From assembly GCA_963702005.1 (NCBI GenBank), contig OY969696.1:2784001-2848000 (forward strand): a stretch of DNA of 64,000 bases. The letters are read 5' to 3'. Made by a program: the position numbers and the translations under genes. The notes beneath the pieces were generated by a model that was given only the letters and a program-made list of their open reading frames with translations, did no database searches and was not told the origin of the DNA. The stretch's first letter is position 1. Each line of letters begins with the position of its first letter. This DNA is from Candidatus Aminicenantes bacterium. GTDB lineage: Bacteria; Acidobacteriota; Aminicenantia; Aminicenantales; JAFGBC01. This document shows positions 20,605-32,744 of this stretch, piece by piece.

Positions 20605-22557
20605 ATGGGACGTTCGATTCTTTCCCTAAGCCAGGCGGCCGGCGGCACGCCGCCGAAAAGGCCCGGAGGGATCTTTTTCGACGTCCACTGCCATGCCTTC
20701 AACCTCAGCCATGCCGGTCTCCTGTCCTTTCTCAACCGGTTCTTCCTCAACAACACGCTGACCTTCGAGGATGTTCTCCGGATGAGGCTCTTCCGGATCC
20801 TGAAAAAGTTTCTGAAAAGCCGCGAAAACGGGAGGCGCCTCCGGCTGAAGCGGATCATCCTCATCGGCGTCGGCGTTGCGATTCTATGTCTCCTTGGGTT
20901 GGGACTCGTCGGACTCAACGGCCTCCTGGCCGCGGCGCGGCTCCCGCTCCTGGGGAGAATCTTGATCGCCTCTCTGGCGGCGCTGCTGATCGTTGCCCTT
21001 CTACCCCTGATTCTCATTCTCCTCATCTGGCGCAAGAAACGGGCCCTGACAAAGGGCGCCGCCCGCGTCGTCAACCTTCTCTCCCTCATCGAGAACGACC
21101 TCGGGCGACAGTTTCTACTCTTGGAATTGGACATCCTCCGCTCGGATGAGCGGTCCCGCGGCCTCGTCGCGCGGCTGGAGACCAGGCCGGACAGCCGCTC
21201 CCTCTGCAAAAGCATCGGGGAGGAGTGGAGGAAAATCTGCCGCAGCCGTTTCCGCATCGGAGGCCGGGAATATCGAAAAGTTTTTTTGACGCCGCTGATG
21301 ATGGATTTCAATTACAAGGGTTTCATATTCCCCCGGAAGGAATATCCCCAGATCCAATATCGCCTTGCTCCCAGGAAGTCCATCATCGACCAGCTCATCG
21401 ACCTTCAATTCGGCATTCGCGATTATTGGAAGCGCAGCCCGTTCCAAGCGCTGGAGATCCATCCCTTCATGGGCCTCAACACCCGGAACTACGGTCTCGG
21501 CGCGGTCGGCGGCGTCCGTCTCGACCCGGAAGGTTGGGCGCGGAGCCGGGTCTCCCTCCGGAATCGCGTTTTCTACATCGAGGACCGGCATCTCCTGGCC
21601 CTCGTCCGGAAGCCCGAAGGAGGCCAGGCCAAGCGCTTGCTGAGCCTGGCCGCCGGCGCGGAGGATCGAAAAATCATCCTGAAGCTCATCGCTAGCTTCG
21701 ATTCCGATTTCAGCCCCAAAAACAGCCTGGCCGTCATGCTGGACAAGTATTTCAGAGACTATCAGGACCGCTACGATCGGATCAGGGAATCGTTCGAGGC
21801 TTTCCGGGACGGGCCGGCTCCGCGGGCGCGGCTGTCCGCCCGGACGCCGGATAAAACCGACACCCGAACCATCGGCCGAGGCTTTTTCGCCGGTATCAAA
21901 GTCTATCCGCCGCTCGGCTTCGACCCTTGGCCGGATCCGGCCGAAGCCGACGTCCTCAGCGGTCCCCGCGAAAGAAGCACAATGCGAAGGCGCTACGCGT
22001 TCGAGCGCCGCAAAGTGGAATTTCTCTACGCCTTCTGCCAGAAGAAGGGGATCCCGGTCACGACGCACTGCGGGGACTCGGGATTTCAGGTCGAGGATCG
22101 GGAGCGATCATTAGCGTTCACCTGTCCTGACCGCTGGGCGAACGCGCTCCACGAATTCCCGAACCTGAAGCTCAATTTCGCTCATTTCGGAACCCAGGCG
22201 GAGGCCGGTCCCCGCCTTTGGATGCAGAGGATCATCGACCTCATGCGCGACTTCCCGAACGTCTATGCCGACTTTTCCTACCGGGGGGTCGATCCCGGCT
22301 ACTACGACCGCCTGGCGGCCGTCCTCAGGGCCCTGCCCGTCGGCCAGGCCGGCATCGTCAAAACGCGAATCCTGTTCGGGACGGATTTCCTGATCAACCT
22401 CATCGATACGGGGTCCTATCAGGACTACCTGGGGACCTTCGTCGACACGAAGGCCCTAAGCCCCGAAGACAAGGTTCTGTTCAGCGAAATCAACCCGGCC
22501 CGATTCCTTTTTGGAGAGTCGGGGGGCCGCCGGATCCGGCTCCGTCCGGAAAAATGA
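20605..22557 (+). CDS. Amidohydrolase-family protein with inserted transmembrane hairpin
   Basis: DVHCH, GIKVYPPLG, THC, AHFG, LFGTDF motifs; two hydrophobic helices at about aa 85-145. Confidence 0.75.
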   Translation: MGRSILSLSQAAGGTPPKRPGGIFFDVHCHAFNLSHAGLLSFLNRFFLNNTLTFEDVLRMRLFRILKKFLKSRENGRRLRLKRIILIGVGVAILCLLGLGLVGLNGLLAAARLPLLGRILIASLAALLIVALLPLILILLIWRKKRALTKGAARVVNLLSLIENDLGRQFLLLELDILRSDERSRGLVARLETRPDSRSLCKSIGEEWRKICRSRFRIGGREYRKVFLTPLMMDFNYKGFIFPRKEYPQIQYRLAPRKSIIDQLIDLQFGIRDYWKRSPFQALEIHPFMGLNTRNYGLGAVGGVRLDPEGWARSRVSLRNRVFYIEDRHLLALVRKPEGGQAKRLLSLAAGAEDRKIILKLIASFDSDFSPKNSLAVMLDKYFRDYQDRYDRIRESFEAFRDGPAPRARLSARTPDKTDTRTIGRGFFAGIKVYPPLGFDPWPDPAEADVLSGPRERSTMRRRYAFERRKVEFLYAFCQKKGIPVTTHCGDSGFQVEDRERSLAFTCPDRWANALHEFPNLKLNFAHFGTQAEAGPRLWMQRIIDLMRDFPNVYADFSYRGVDPGYYDRLAAVLRALPVGQAGIVKTRILFGTDFLINLIDTGSYQDYLGTFVDTKALSPEDKVLFSEINPARFLFGESGGRRIRLRPEK

Positions 22558-22679
22558 AGATCGAATCGCCATCAGGTTCACCCGACTCATAGTCGGGAGA
22601 GAGCCCGTGGAATAAAGGGGGACGAAAATGGCTGTTTTCATCAGTTGTTTGGGCCCTTAAACGAGAAAAGGGCGGGGGT

Positions 22680-22709
22680 TTGACTTTCGGCCGAGGATGG
22701 GGTTAACAT
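22680..22709 (+). promoter_or_regulatory. Putative sigma70 promoter of ilvE-pilT-alaS
   Basis: TTGACT-N18-TAACAT about 60 bp upstream of ilvE. Confidence 0.45.
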
Positions 22710-22769
22710 GAGTCGTGGTTCAGGTGGACATCCCCATTTCACGATTCGGCCGGAGCGAAGGAGTCGTCC

Positions 22770-23696
22770 ATGAGCCCTTTTAATCCCGAGGCGAAGGTCT
22801 GGATGAACGGGACATTCGTCCTCTGGAAAAACGCCAATATCCACGTCGCCTCCCACGTCATCCACTACGGCACATCCATCTTTGAAGGTTTTCGGGCCTA
22901 CGACACGCCGCGCGGCACGGCCCTGTTTCGTCTCGACGCCCATACCCGCCGTTTATATAATTCCTGCAAAATCTACAGGATGAAGATTCCCTACGGTGAA
23001 GAGGACTTCAACCGAGCCGTCGTCGAAACCGTCAAGGTCAACGGCTTCCGTTCCGGTTACGTTCGTCCTCTCGTTTACCGCGGCTACGGCGCGCTGGGCG
23101 TGGACCCGTCCCCCAACCCGGTCGATTGCGCCATCCTCGTCTGGGAATGGGGCAATTATCTGGGCGAGGGCTCCCTCGAGCAGGGCGTCGACGTCAAGGT
23201 CTCGACCTGGCAGCGGATGGCGCCGAACACCTTCCCGGCGCTGGCCAAGGCCGGCGCCAACTACATGAATTCCCAGCTTATCAAAATGGAAGCTCTCCTC
23301 GACGGCTACGCGGAAGGGATCGCCCTCAACGTCCGCGGCCATGTCAGCGAAGGAAGCGGCGAAAACATCTTCCTCGTCCAGGATGGGACGGTCTATACGC
23401 CGCCCCTGTCGTCCTCGGTCCTGCCCGGGATCACCCGCGACTCGGTCATGACGATCCTCCGCGAGCGGGGCGTTCCCCTCGTCCAGGACACGATCCCGCG
23501 CGAGATGCTCTACATCGCCGACGAGGTTTTTTTCACCGGGTCGGCCGCCGAGATCACGCCCATCCGCTCCATCGACAAGATCCAGGTCGGGAAGGGAGGC
23601 CGGGGCCCGGTCACCAAACTGGTCCAGGATGAGTTTTTCGGATACATCAACGGTAAGAAGCCGGACGTCCACGGCTGGCTGACCTTCGTCGCCTGA
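22770..23696 (+). CDS. ilvE: Branched-chain amino acid aminotransferase
   Basis: [41 protein letters not shown]. Confidence 0.95.
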   Translation: MSPFNPEAKVWMNGTFVLWKNANIHVASHVIHYGTSIFEGFRAYDTPRGTALFRLDAHTRRLYNSCKIYRMKIPYGEEDFNRAVVETVKVNGFRSGYVRPLVYRGYGALGVDPSPNPVDCAILVWEWGNYLGEGSLEQGVDVKVSTWQRMAPNTFPALAKAGANYMNSQLIKMEALLDGYAEGIALNVRGHVSEGSGENIFLVQDGTVYTPPLSSSVLPGITRDSVMTILRERGVPLVQDTIPREMLYIADEVFFTGSAAEITPIRSIDKIQVGKGGRGPVTKLVQDEFFGYINGKKPDVHGWLTFVA

Positions 23697-23726
23697 GGCC
23701 GCCCGCCCGGGAAAGGAGTCGTGGCC

Positions 23727-24896
23727 ATGGAAATCGACGAGTTGCTGAAGATCGCCATCGAACGGGACGCCTCCGACCTCCACTGCAAGGCCGGCAATTA
23801 CCCGATGATCCGCGTCCACGGAACGCTCATCCCCTTGACGACGTTTCCCCGCCTCAGTCCCGAGGACACCCAGGATCTGGCCGGACAGATGATGACGGAC
23901 TACCAGAAGGCCCGGCTTCAGACCGAGATGGACATCGACCTCGCCTACAGCCTCCAGGGCTTCGGCCGGTTCCGCGGCAACATCTATCTCCAGCGCGGGT
24001 CGCTGGCCGTCTCGCTCCGGATCATTCCGCTCGAGATCAAGGCCATCAAAGACCTCCTGCTGCCGTCCGCCCTGGAGAAGATCTGCCTCTACCAGCGGGG
24101 CCTCGTCCTCGTCACCGGGACGACCGGCAGCGGCAAGTCGACGACCCTGGCCTCGATGATCGATTTCATCAACATCCATCGCAAGGAAAACATCATCACG
24201 ATCGAGGACCCGATCGAGTACCTCCATAAGGACAAGAAGAGCACGATCAGTCAGCGCGAGGTCGGGATGGACGTCATCAGCTTCTCCCGAGGCCTGCGGG
24301 CAACCCTGCGCGAGGACCCCGACGTCATCCTGGTCGGCGAGATGCGGGACCTGGACACGATCGAGACGGCCATCCTGGCCGCCGAGACGGGCCACCTCGT
24401 CTTCAGCACCCTCCACACCCTGGACGCCCCGGAGAGCATCAACCGGATCGTCTCCGTCTTCCCGCCCCACCACCAGCGCCAGGTCCGGCTCCAGCTCTCG
24501 AGCATCCTCAAGTCCGTCATCTCGATGCGCCTCATCCCCCGGGTCGACGGCACAGGCCGCGTCCCGGCCGTCGAGGTCATGATCACGACGCCCTACATCT
24601 CGGAGTGCGTCCAGGACAAGGAGAAGACAACCCTCATCCGCGACGCGATCGCCGGCGGCGTCTCCCAGTACGGCATGCAGACCTTCGACCAATCCATCTA
24701 CCAGCTCTACCGGGACGGCTACATCTCGTTCGAGCAGGGCCTCCGCTACTCCTCGAACCCCGACCACTTCAAGCTCAAGGTCATGGGGATTCAGTCGACC
24801 CTGGATATCGCCCTCGAGTCCATGGAGCAGGGCATGTCTCCGATCGAGCGCAAGGAAGGGCCGGCCATCGTCCCGATCGGGGAGGACGAAGCCTAA
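23727..24896 (+). CDS. pilT: Type IV pilus retraction ATPase PilT/PilU
   Basis: ASDLH, GTTGSGKST, TIEDPIE, REDPDVILVGEMRD, GMQTFDQ. Confidence 0.92.
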   Translation: MEIDELLKIAIERDASDLHCKAGNYPMIRVHGTLIPLTTFPRLSPEDTQDLAGQMMTDYQKARLQTEMDIDLAYSLQGFGRFRGNIYLQRGSLAVSLRIIPLEIKAIKDLLLPSALEKICLYQRGLVLVTGTTGSGKSTTLASMIDFINIHRKENIITIEDPIEYLHKDKKSTISQREVGMDVISFSRGLRATLREDPDVILVGEMRDLDTIETAILAAETGHLVFSTLHTLDAPESINRIVSVFPPHHQRQVRLQLSSILKSVISMRLIPRVDGTGRVPAVEVMITTPYISECVQDKEKTTLIRDAIAGGVSQYGMQTFDQSIYQLYRDGYISFEQGLRYSSNPDHFKLKVMGIQSTLDIALESMEQGMSPIERKEGPAIVPIGEDEA

Positions 24897-24929
24897 ACGG
24901 CGTCTCCAAGACCTAAGAACGGAACTCCC

Positions 24930-27566
<2,637 letters not shown>

Positions 27567-27640
27567 GCGTCCTCCCCAAGATCACCCCTAAAGGGGATTG
27601 CCAAAGACGGCCGGTTTGAGCAAGAATAGAAGCGAGTCCG

Positions 27641-28237
27641 ATGGACGAGAAGTCGAACCGAATCCCTCTTGCGGCAGTGCTGGCCTTCGGCTTTCTCCTC
27701 TGGGGGATCGCCGCGCGGCCGGCGGCGGCCGCCCGAATCGAGCATCCTCTCAAAAAGATCTACGATCCCATCGTCAGCGCCAGCGCCTACAAGCACAGCA
27801 TACCGGTCGACCTCATCCACTCCATCATCCTGGCCGAATCCAACTATGACGCGGGCGCCGTTTCGGCTAAAGGGGCAATAGGCCTTATGCAGCTCATGCC
27901 CGAAACGGCCCGTGCTTACGGAGTCGCCAATCCCTTCGACCCGGCCCAGAACATCGAGGGCGGGGTCAAGTACATCAAGGACCTTACCAAGCTTTTCGAT
28001 CGCTCGACGAGCAAGGTCCTGGCCGCCTACAACGCGGGGCAGGAAGCCATCAAGAAATACGGAGGCATCCCCCCCTACCGCGAGACGCTGACATACATCC
28101 GGCGGGTCATGGGCGTGGGCGGCTACCGGAAGTCCGTCATCTCGACCCGGACTCCCATCTATAAGTATTATGACGTGACCGGCTGCCCCGTCCTGACCAA
28201 CGATTATATGCTCTACCTGGCCAACAAATCCCGCTGA
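27641..28237 (+). CDS. Lytic transglycosylase (SLT domain)
   Basis: AESNY, GAIGLMQLMP, AAYNAG motifs; signal peptide. Confidence 0.92.
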   Translation: MDEKSNRIPLAAVLAFGFLLWGIAARPAAAARIEHPLKKIYDPIVSASAYKHSIPVDLIHSIILAESNYDAGAVSAKGAIGLMQLMPETARAYGVANPFDPAQNIEGGVKYIKDLTKLFDRSTSKVLAAYNAGQEAIKKYGGIPPYRETLTYIRRVMGVGGYRKSVISTRTPIYKYYDVTGCPVLTNDYMLYLANKSR

Positions 28238-28253
28238 AGCGGGAGCCGTCCCC

Positions 28254-29189
28254 TTAGCCCGCGTATCCCTTGATGACGATGTTCCGCGGCACGATCTCGA
28301 ACACGGCCGGGAGCTCTCCCAGTTGTTCGCCGTCCAGTTCGAGAAGGACGGGCTCCGGGTCTTCGGATACTGCCTCGATCCGGCGTCCCCGTACGAGGCT
28401 GATCTTAGGATGGGAGAGATGGCTGCCGTTGATGAGCTTCCAGCCGTGGCGGCAAAATTCGAGGAACCTCATCCCTTTGACCAGGACGAGATCGAATAGG
28501 CCGTCATCGAGACGGGCCTGGGGGGCGACCTTCATCCCTTTCCCGAAGATCCGGCCGTTGGCCACCGCGCCGATCAGGTATTCGTCGGCGGGAAAGGTTT
28601 GGTTGTCGACCCGGACGTGGAGTCGTTTGTTCCGGTAGCGCATCATCGTCGTCACCAGGCATCTGACGTAGGACGAGGCGCGCCGTTCCATCCTATTCCG
28701 ATTGACTTTAGCGACGACCTCTCCGCCCACGCCGAAGTCGGCGATGTTGAGGAAATAGCGCTCTTCGTCCCGGCCCGCCCGCGTTCGGTACGTCACCTTC
28801 CCGACGTCGATCGGCGCCGCGGGCCCCTCGGCGATGACCCGGAGGGCGCCCTTGAGGTTCATCGGGATGCTCAGGCTCCGGGCGAAATCGCAACCGGTCC
28901 CGGAGGGGACGATGCCCAGCGCGGCCTCGGGATTGATGGGCCGGCGGTCCTCGAAGAATCCGTTCCCGATCTCGTTGAGGGTCCCATCGCCGCCGACGCC
29001 GATGACGAGCTCGGTGCCGCTCTTGAGGGCGGAACGGGTGATCTCGATGGCCTCCAGGGGTCCGCCCGTGAACTCGCAACGGTATTCCTTGAGGAATCCC
29101 CGGAAGGCCTCCTTGATCTGGGCCCAGCGCTTCCGAGTCCGGCCCTGGTTCGATTCAGGATTGACTATGACCTGGGTCTTGAGGCGCAT
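28254..29189 (-). CDS. Diacylglycerol/lipid kinase family (YegS/DagK-like)
   Basis: IVNP, GGDGT, PSGTGCDF, DGE motifs; start moved to ATG at 29189. Confidence 0.88.
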   Translation of the reverse strand: MRLKTQVIVNPESNQGRTRKRWAQIKEAFRGFLKEYRCEFTGGPLEAIEITRSALKSGTELVIGVGGDGTLNEIGNGFFEDRRPINPEAALGIVPSGTGCDFARSLSIPMNLKGALRVIAEGPAAPIDVGKVTYRTRAGRDEERYFLNIADFGVGGEVVAKVNRNRMERRASSYVRCLVTTMMRYRNKRLHVRVDNQTFPADEYLIGAVANGRIFGKGMKVAPQARLDDGLFDLVLVKGMRFLEFCRHGWKLINGSHLSHPKISLVRGRRIEAVSEDPEPVLLELDGEQLGELPAVFEIVPRNIVIKGYAG

Positions 29190-29679
29190 TGCCGGCTCCC
29201 GGAGGGATGGCGGTCTTTCGTCCGAAGAGAGAGACGCCGATGATCCCGCCCAGCGCGCCGAAGGCGGCAAAGAGAACGGCCGAGATGATCAGCCCGATTA
29301 GAAACCAGGCCATGGACGGCCCTCCCGCGGTGCTCCGCTCGAACCAGGAATCCCAGCCCGAGGGCATGTCCTGGGCGTACTTGGCGATCCGTTCCATCAG
29401 CCCCTTGACGAATTCGGCATTGATCGCCCTCATCGGAAGGCTGACCAGGGCTTCCACGAAGGCCGCCACCACGCCCGTCAGCATGCCGACGATGGCGCCG
29501 TCCCCGGGCTTCAGGCTCCGCGGGGAATCTTTAGCCGTGAGGTGGACGGCCAGGACGGCTCCGCCGATGATCCACAGACAGCAGAGGCAGCTCAGGATCG
29601 GAACGCCGGACAGGACGCCCGCGACCGCGCCGCCGATCAGGGCGGGTACCAGCATTTCCGGCCTTTGAGTGTCGGTCAT
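29155..29679 (-). CDS. Membrane protein (DUF5518/YIP-like) with CLCC motif
   Basis: About four TM helices with Gly-rich packing motifs; family name is tentative. Confidence 0.65.
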   Translation of the reverse strand: MTDTQRPEMLVPALIGGAVAGVLSGVPILSCLCCLWIIGGAVLAVHLTAKDSPRSLKPGDGAIVGMLTGVVAAFVEALVSLPMRAINAEFVKGLMERIAKYAQDMPSGWDSWFERSTAGGPSMAWFLIGLIISAVLFAAFGALGGIIGVSLFGRKTAIPPGAGNAPQDPGHSQS

Positions 29680-29721
29680 CGTCTGTCCTCCTAACCTGCG
29701 GGTCTTTACCGCTCGACTATT

Positions 29722-30237
29722 TTAGGATGAGTGAAGGTCCGATTTCAACCCCGACCTTCGTTTTCCCCGTTGTCGAACCTGGCTCCAGGCGTCGACAAGG
29801 CCGGTTATGAAATAGAGGGGGAGCATGGTCCCCCAAATGACGGCCAGGCTGAACCGGAGCCAGGGAGATGAGTCCCAGAGGCGGACGACGGTCCCGGCGA
29901 CATCCACGGCGACGGGGATGGAGATGAGAAGGAAGGTTCGCACGCTCGGAAGTCGGACCTCCCGGAATCCCCGCCGGAAGGGATAGATGATGAGCCCGGC
30001 GGCGAACCCGGCATAGACGCCGAGACAGCGTGCGCAGACCGCCATCGGAAACCCGGCGAGCCGGAAACAGCGGGACGGAATCTGATGGCAGAACGGGGCG
30101 AACAGGATATAAAAGAAGCCGCTCAACTGAGGATGGCGAACCTTAAGGAGCGGGGCTAATCCGACGGCTCCGAGAATGCAAACGATTCCCACCCAGGATA
30201 GCGTATAGACGGTGATAATGGCCGCTTTTCGGTCCAC
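29722..30237 (-). CDS. DUF2085 membrane protein
   Basis: CHQIPSRCF...VCARCLGVYAG signature. Confidence 0.82.
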   Translation of the reverse strand: MDRKAAIITVYTLSWVGIVCILGAVGLAPLLKVRHPQLSGFFYILFAPFCHQIPSRCFRLAGFPMAVCARCLGVYAGFAAGLIIYPFRRGFREVRLPSVRTFLLISIPVAVDVAGTVVRLWDSSPWLRFSLAVIWGTMLPLYFITGLVDAWSQVRQRGKRRSGLKSDLHSS

Positions 30238-30238
30238 G

Positions 30239-31399
30239 TCAGCGGACCTTCCGCCAACGGAGGTAGGCCAAAAATCCGGCCAGCGCCAGGGCGTTAGCCG
30301 TTGGCAGGCACAGCCTCATTAAAGTTCCGTAAAGCGCCCGGCCGGTAAGGTCGAAAAGAAAAAGGGGCATCAGGGCAAAGCCGGCGGCCAGACCGACGCG
30401 GCCGGCCCGGGGGAATCGGCCGCAATCTCGGACGAGAAGGATGACGGCCGGGAGCCCCGCCAATAAGGTATAGTCCCAGCCGAGCGGGGATACCAGCGGG
30501 GTCAATAAAAGGAGCAGAAAAATCTCGAGAACGAGGGCCTTGGCCAGGAAACGGCCCCTGAGGACAAGGAGGAGGAAACCGAGGGCCAGGCCCCCGACCG
30601 CCCCGAGTCCCAGCGCGAAAGCTAATGAGTGATTCTCGATGTGCTTGGCCGCGCAGGCGAAAACCGAAATGTTGTCCTGAGACGTCAAGAGCTGCGGCGT
30701 CGAGACCGTCAGGCTCCGGATCCATTCCCGGACGACCAGAAGGTTGCCCCGGAATCCGTAATAGAGCCCGGGGAGAAGAAAAGACACGAAAAGGCAGGCG
30801 GTCCCGGCCGCCAAGGCCCTGAATTTCTTGCGCAGGAGGAAATAGGGCAGGAAGACAAGCGTGTAGGGTTTGAGGGCCGTCGCCAGTCCCCAGAGACAGC
30901 CGGCGGCCGTTTCGAAGCGCGGCCGCCCGTCGGCCTCGGCCCGGGCCAAAAACCGGGCCGCCAGCAGCATAAGAAGGAGGATGGAGACGTTGATTTGGCC
31001 CAACTCGAGCTCACGGAGGAGATACTTGCTCATGATAAGTACGGGAAGGATTCGGAGCGTCCAGGGCGCAGCGCCGTCGCCGACGACGAGGCGAAGGGCC
31101 AGATGAATCAAAGCGCCGACGGCCAGGAGGCTGAGAAACAGCCACACCGCTTTGGCCTGGGCCGGAGGGAAGACGGTCAGGGGGAGATACAAAAACGCGG
31201 CGGCGGGCGGGTATTTGAACTGGAAGTGGCCGTCCTCGCTCCGGTAGAGCGTCTCGCCCAGAGGAATCCTCCGGGCGGCCCGGACGTTGACCTCGAAGTC
31301 GACCATGCGGTTGTCGAGAACGCCCAGGACCAGGCAGGCCAAAGACAGCAGGAGGGCCAGACCGACCGCCGCCCACCAGGGAACGCTCCGGGCCTTCAT
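30239..31399 (-). CDS. GT87/DUF2029 GT-C membrane glycosyltransferase
   Basis: DF..YPP, GQ and KP motifs in a polytopic membrane protein. Confidence 0.8.
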   Translation of the reverse strand: MKARSVPWWAAVGLALLLSLACLVLGVLDNRMVDFEVNVRAARRIPLGETLYRSEDGHFQFKYPPAAAFLYLPLTVFPPAQAKAVWLFLSLLAVGALIHLALRLVVGDGAAPWTLRILPVLIMSKYLLRELELGQINVSILLLMLLAARFLARAEADGRPRFETAAGCLWGLATALKPYTLVFLPYFLLRKKFRALAAGTACLFVSFLLPGLYYGFRGNLLVVREWIRSLTVSTPQLLTSQDNISVFACAAKHIENHSLAFALGLGAVGGLALGFLLLVLRGRFLAKALVLEIFLLLLLTPLVSPLGWDYTLLAGLPAVILLVRDCGRFPRAGRVGLAAGFALMPLFLFDLTGRALYGTLMRLCLPTANALALAGFLAYLRWRKVR

Positions 31400-31444
31400 G
31401 GAAGGTTTCAGGCTACTCAAGGACGCCCTCGATTGTCAACCCCT

Positions 31445-32548
31445 TGAACTCGTTCACTACATTAGTGACGCCTGGGGCTGAGCATGAGCTTTCAGCCAGT
31501 TTTGATAATATTCATACGGGGTAAGGTAATCAAGCGCCTGGTGGGGGCGGATATAGTTATAGGTCTTATTCCAATGCTCCAGCTGATGGTTGTGATCCTC
31601 CAAGCGGAGGGCGATATCCTCGACCTCATAGAACTCCTCCCGATGGGTCCGGTTCGACCGTTCCACATAAGCCTGGAGCTTCGGGGATCGAGGCGGGGTC
31701 TCAAAGAGCTTGATGCCCCGCTTCTGGCAGGCCTCCTCGAAGTGCTTCTTGAACTCCGCGCCACCATCAATCTGGATGGCCCGGACCGGGAAGGGAAACT
31801 TGCGCTCGAGATACTCCAGGACCAGGGAGGCCGTGAAGCTGGTCGCCCGTCGATAAGCGCGGGCGACATCCCAGCGCGAGATCAGATCCCGGGCCGTGAA
31901 CTGCCAGCGCCGATCTTTACTCTCCAGTCGGATCTGGAGGGTATCCAGCTGGACCAGATCGCCCGGCGCGTTCACCCGATAGCCCGGCGGCTTGCGGATA
32001 GCATAGCGAGGCTTCCGGCGGCGCTTCCGGGCCGCCCGGGCCAACCGGACGTTCAGAGGTTCGACCAGGACGCCGCGCGCCTTGAGCCGCTTTAAAACCC
32101 GGCCCACCGTCGATGTCGAGACCTGGATCCCCTCTCGCCGTAACAGAACCACCAGCTTGTCCTTGCCCCAACGGGGATATTGATTCCTGAGTTTCAAGAT
32201 GCGGTCAGCCACCGGCGCGGGGGTCAGCGGCGTTCGGACATGGATCGGCCGCCGGCTCTCCGCCTCCAGGGTCGTTAAGTCATAGGGGTCGATGCGCCGC
32301 CGCCAGCGGTAGAACGTCTGGGGCGAGATCCCGAAGTAACGGCAGGTCCGGCGGGCGTTCCGGCATTGCCGGTAATACTCGAACCAGCGCAGCCGCTTGG
32401 CGGCCTCCGCAGAGATCGTCCCCTGACGGACCAGGGACCGAATGTACTCAGAGCCAGGAATAATGGATCCATAGGTCGTGGCCGGCTTCATATACATGGC
32501 GACTCCTATCATAGCCCATAGTGTCACCTATGTATCTGAACGAGTACA
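31445..32548 (-). mobile_element. IS481-family insertion sequence, 1104 bp, complete
   Basis: Imperfect terminal IRs TGAACTCGTTCA... / ...TGAACGAGTACA; direct repeat CCCCT at 31440-31444 and 32549-32553; single transposase. Confidence 0.88.
31457..32497 (-). CDS. IS481-family DDE transposase
   Basis: N-terminal HTH (FGISPQTFYRW), rve core: QLD, QIDGGAEF, VERSNRT, YNYIRPHQAL. Confidence 0.92.
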   Translation of the reverse strand: MYMKPATTYGSIIPGSEYIRSLVRQGTISAEAAKRLRWFEYYRQCRNARRTCRYFGISPQTFYRWRRRIDPYDLTTLEAESRRPIHVRTPLTPAPVADRILKLRNQYPRWGKDKLVVLLRREGIQVSTSTVGRVLKRLKARGVLVEPLNVRLARAARKRRRKPRYAIRKPPGYRVNAPGDLVQLDTLQIRLESKDRRWQFTARDLISRWDVARAYRRATSFTASLVLEYLERKFPFPVRAIQIDGGAEFKKHFEEACQKRGIKLFETPPRSPKLQAYVERSNRTHREEFYEVEDIALRLEDHNHQLEHWNKTYNYIRPHQALDYLTPYEYYQNWLKAHAQPQASLM

Positions 32549-32590
32549 CCCCTCGACTTCCCGGCATGAATACCTGGGGCTTATTCGGGG

Positions 32591-32655
32591 TTAACCCTGA
32601 GCCGAGCTTCTTGTCCCCGCCTTTCAAGGCGGGGTAACGTCGGCGAACGGGTCAA
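32591..32655. repeat. REP/MITE-like nested hairpin
   Basis: TTAACCC/GGGTCAA, GCCGA/TCGGC and CCCCGCCT-TTCA-AGGCGGGG stems nested within 65 bp. Confidence 0.5.
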
Positions 32656-32744
32656 CCGGATTTCCATTTGACATCGTAATTTTATCTGTGTCAATATGAA
32701 GGCACTGTAGACCGGTACGATCCCCTTTTGAGGAGGGAGGATCC

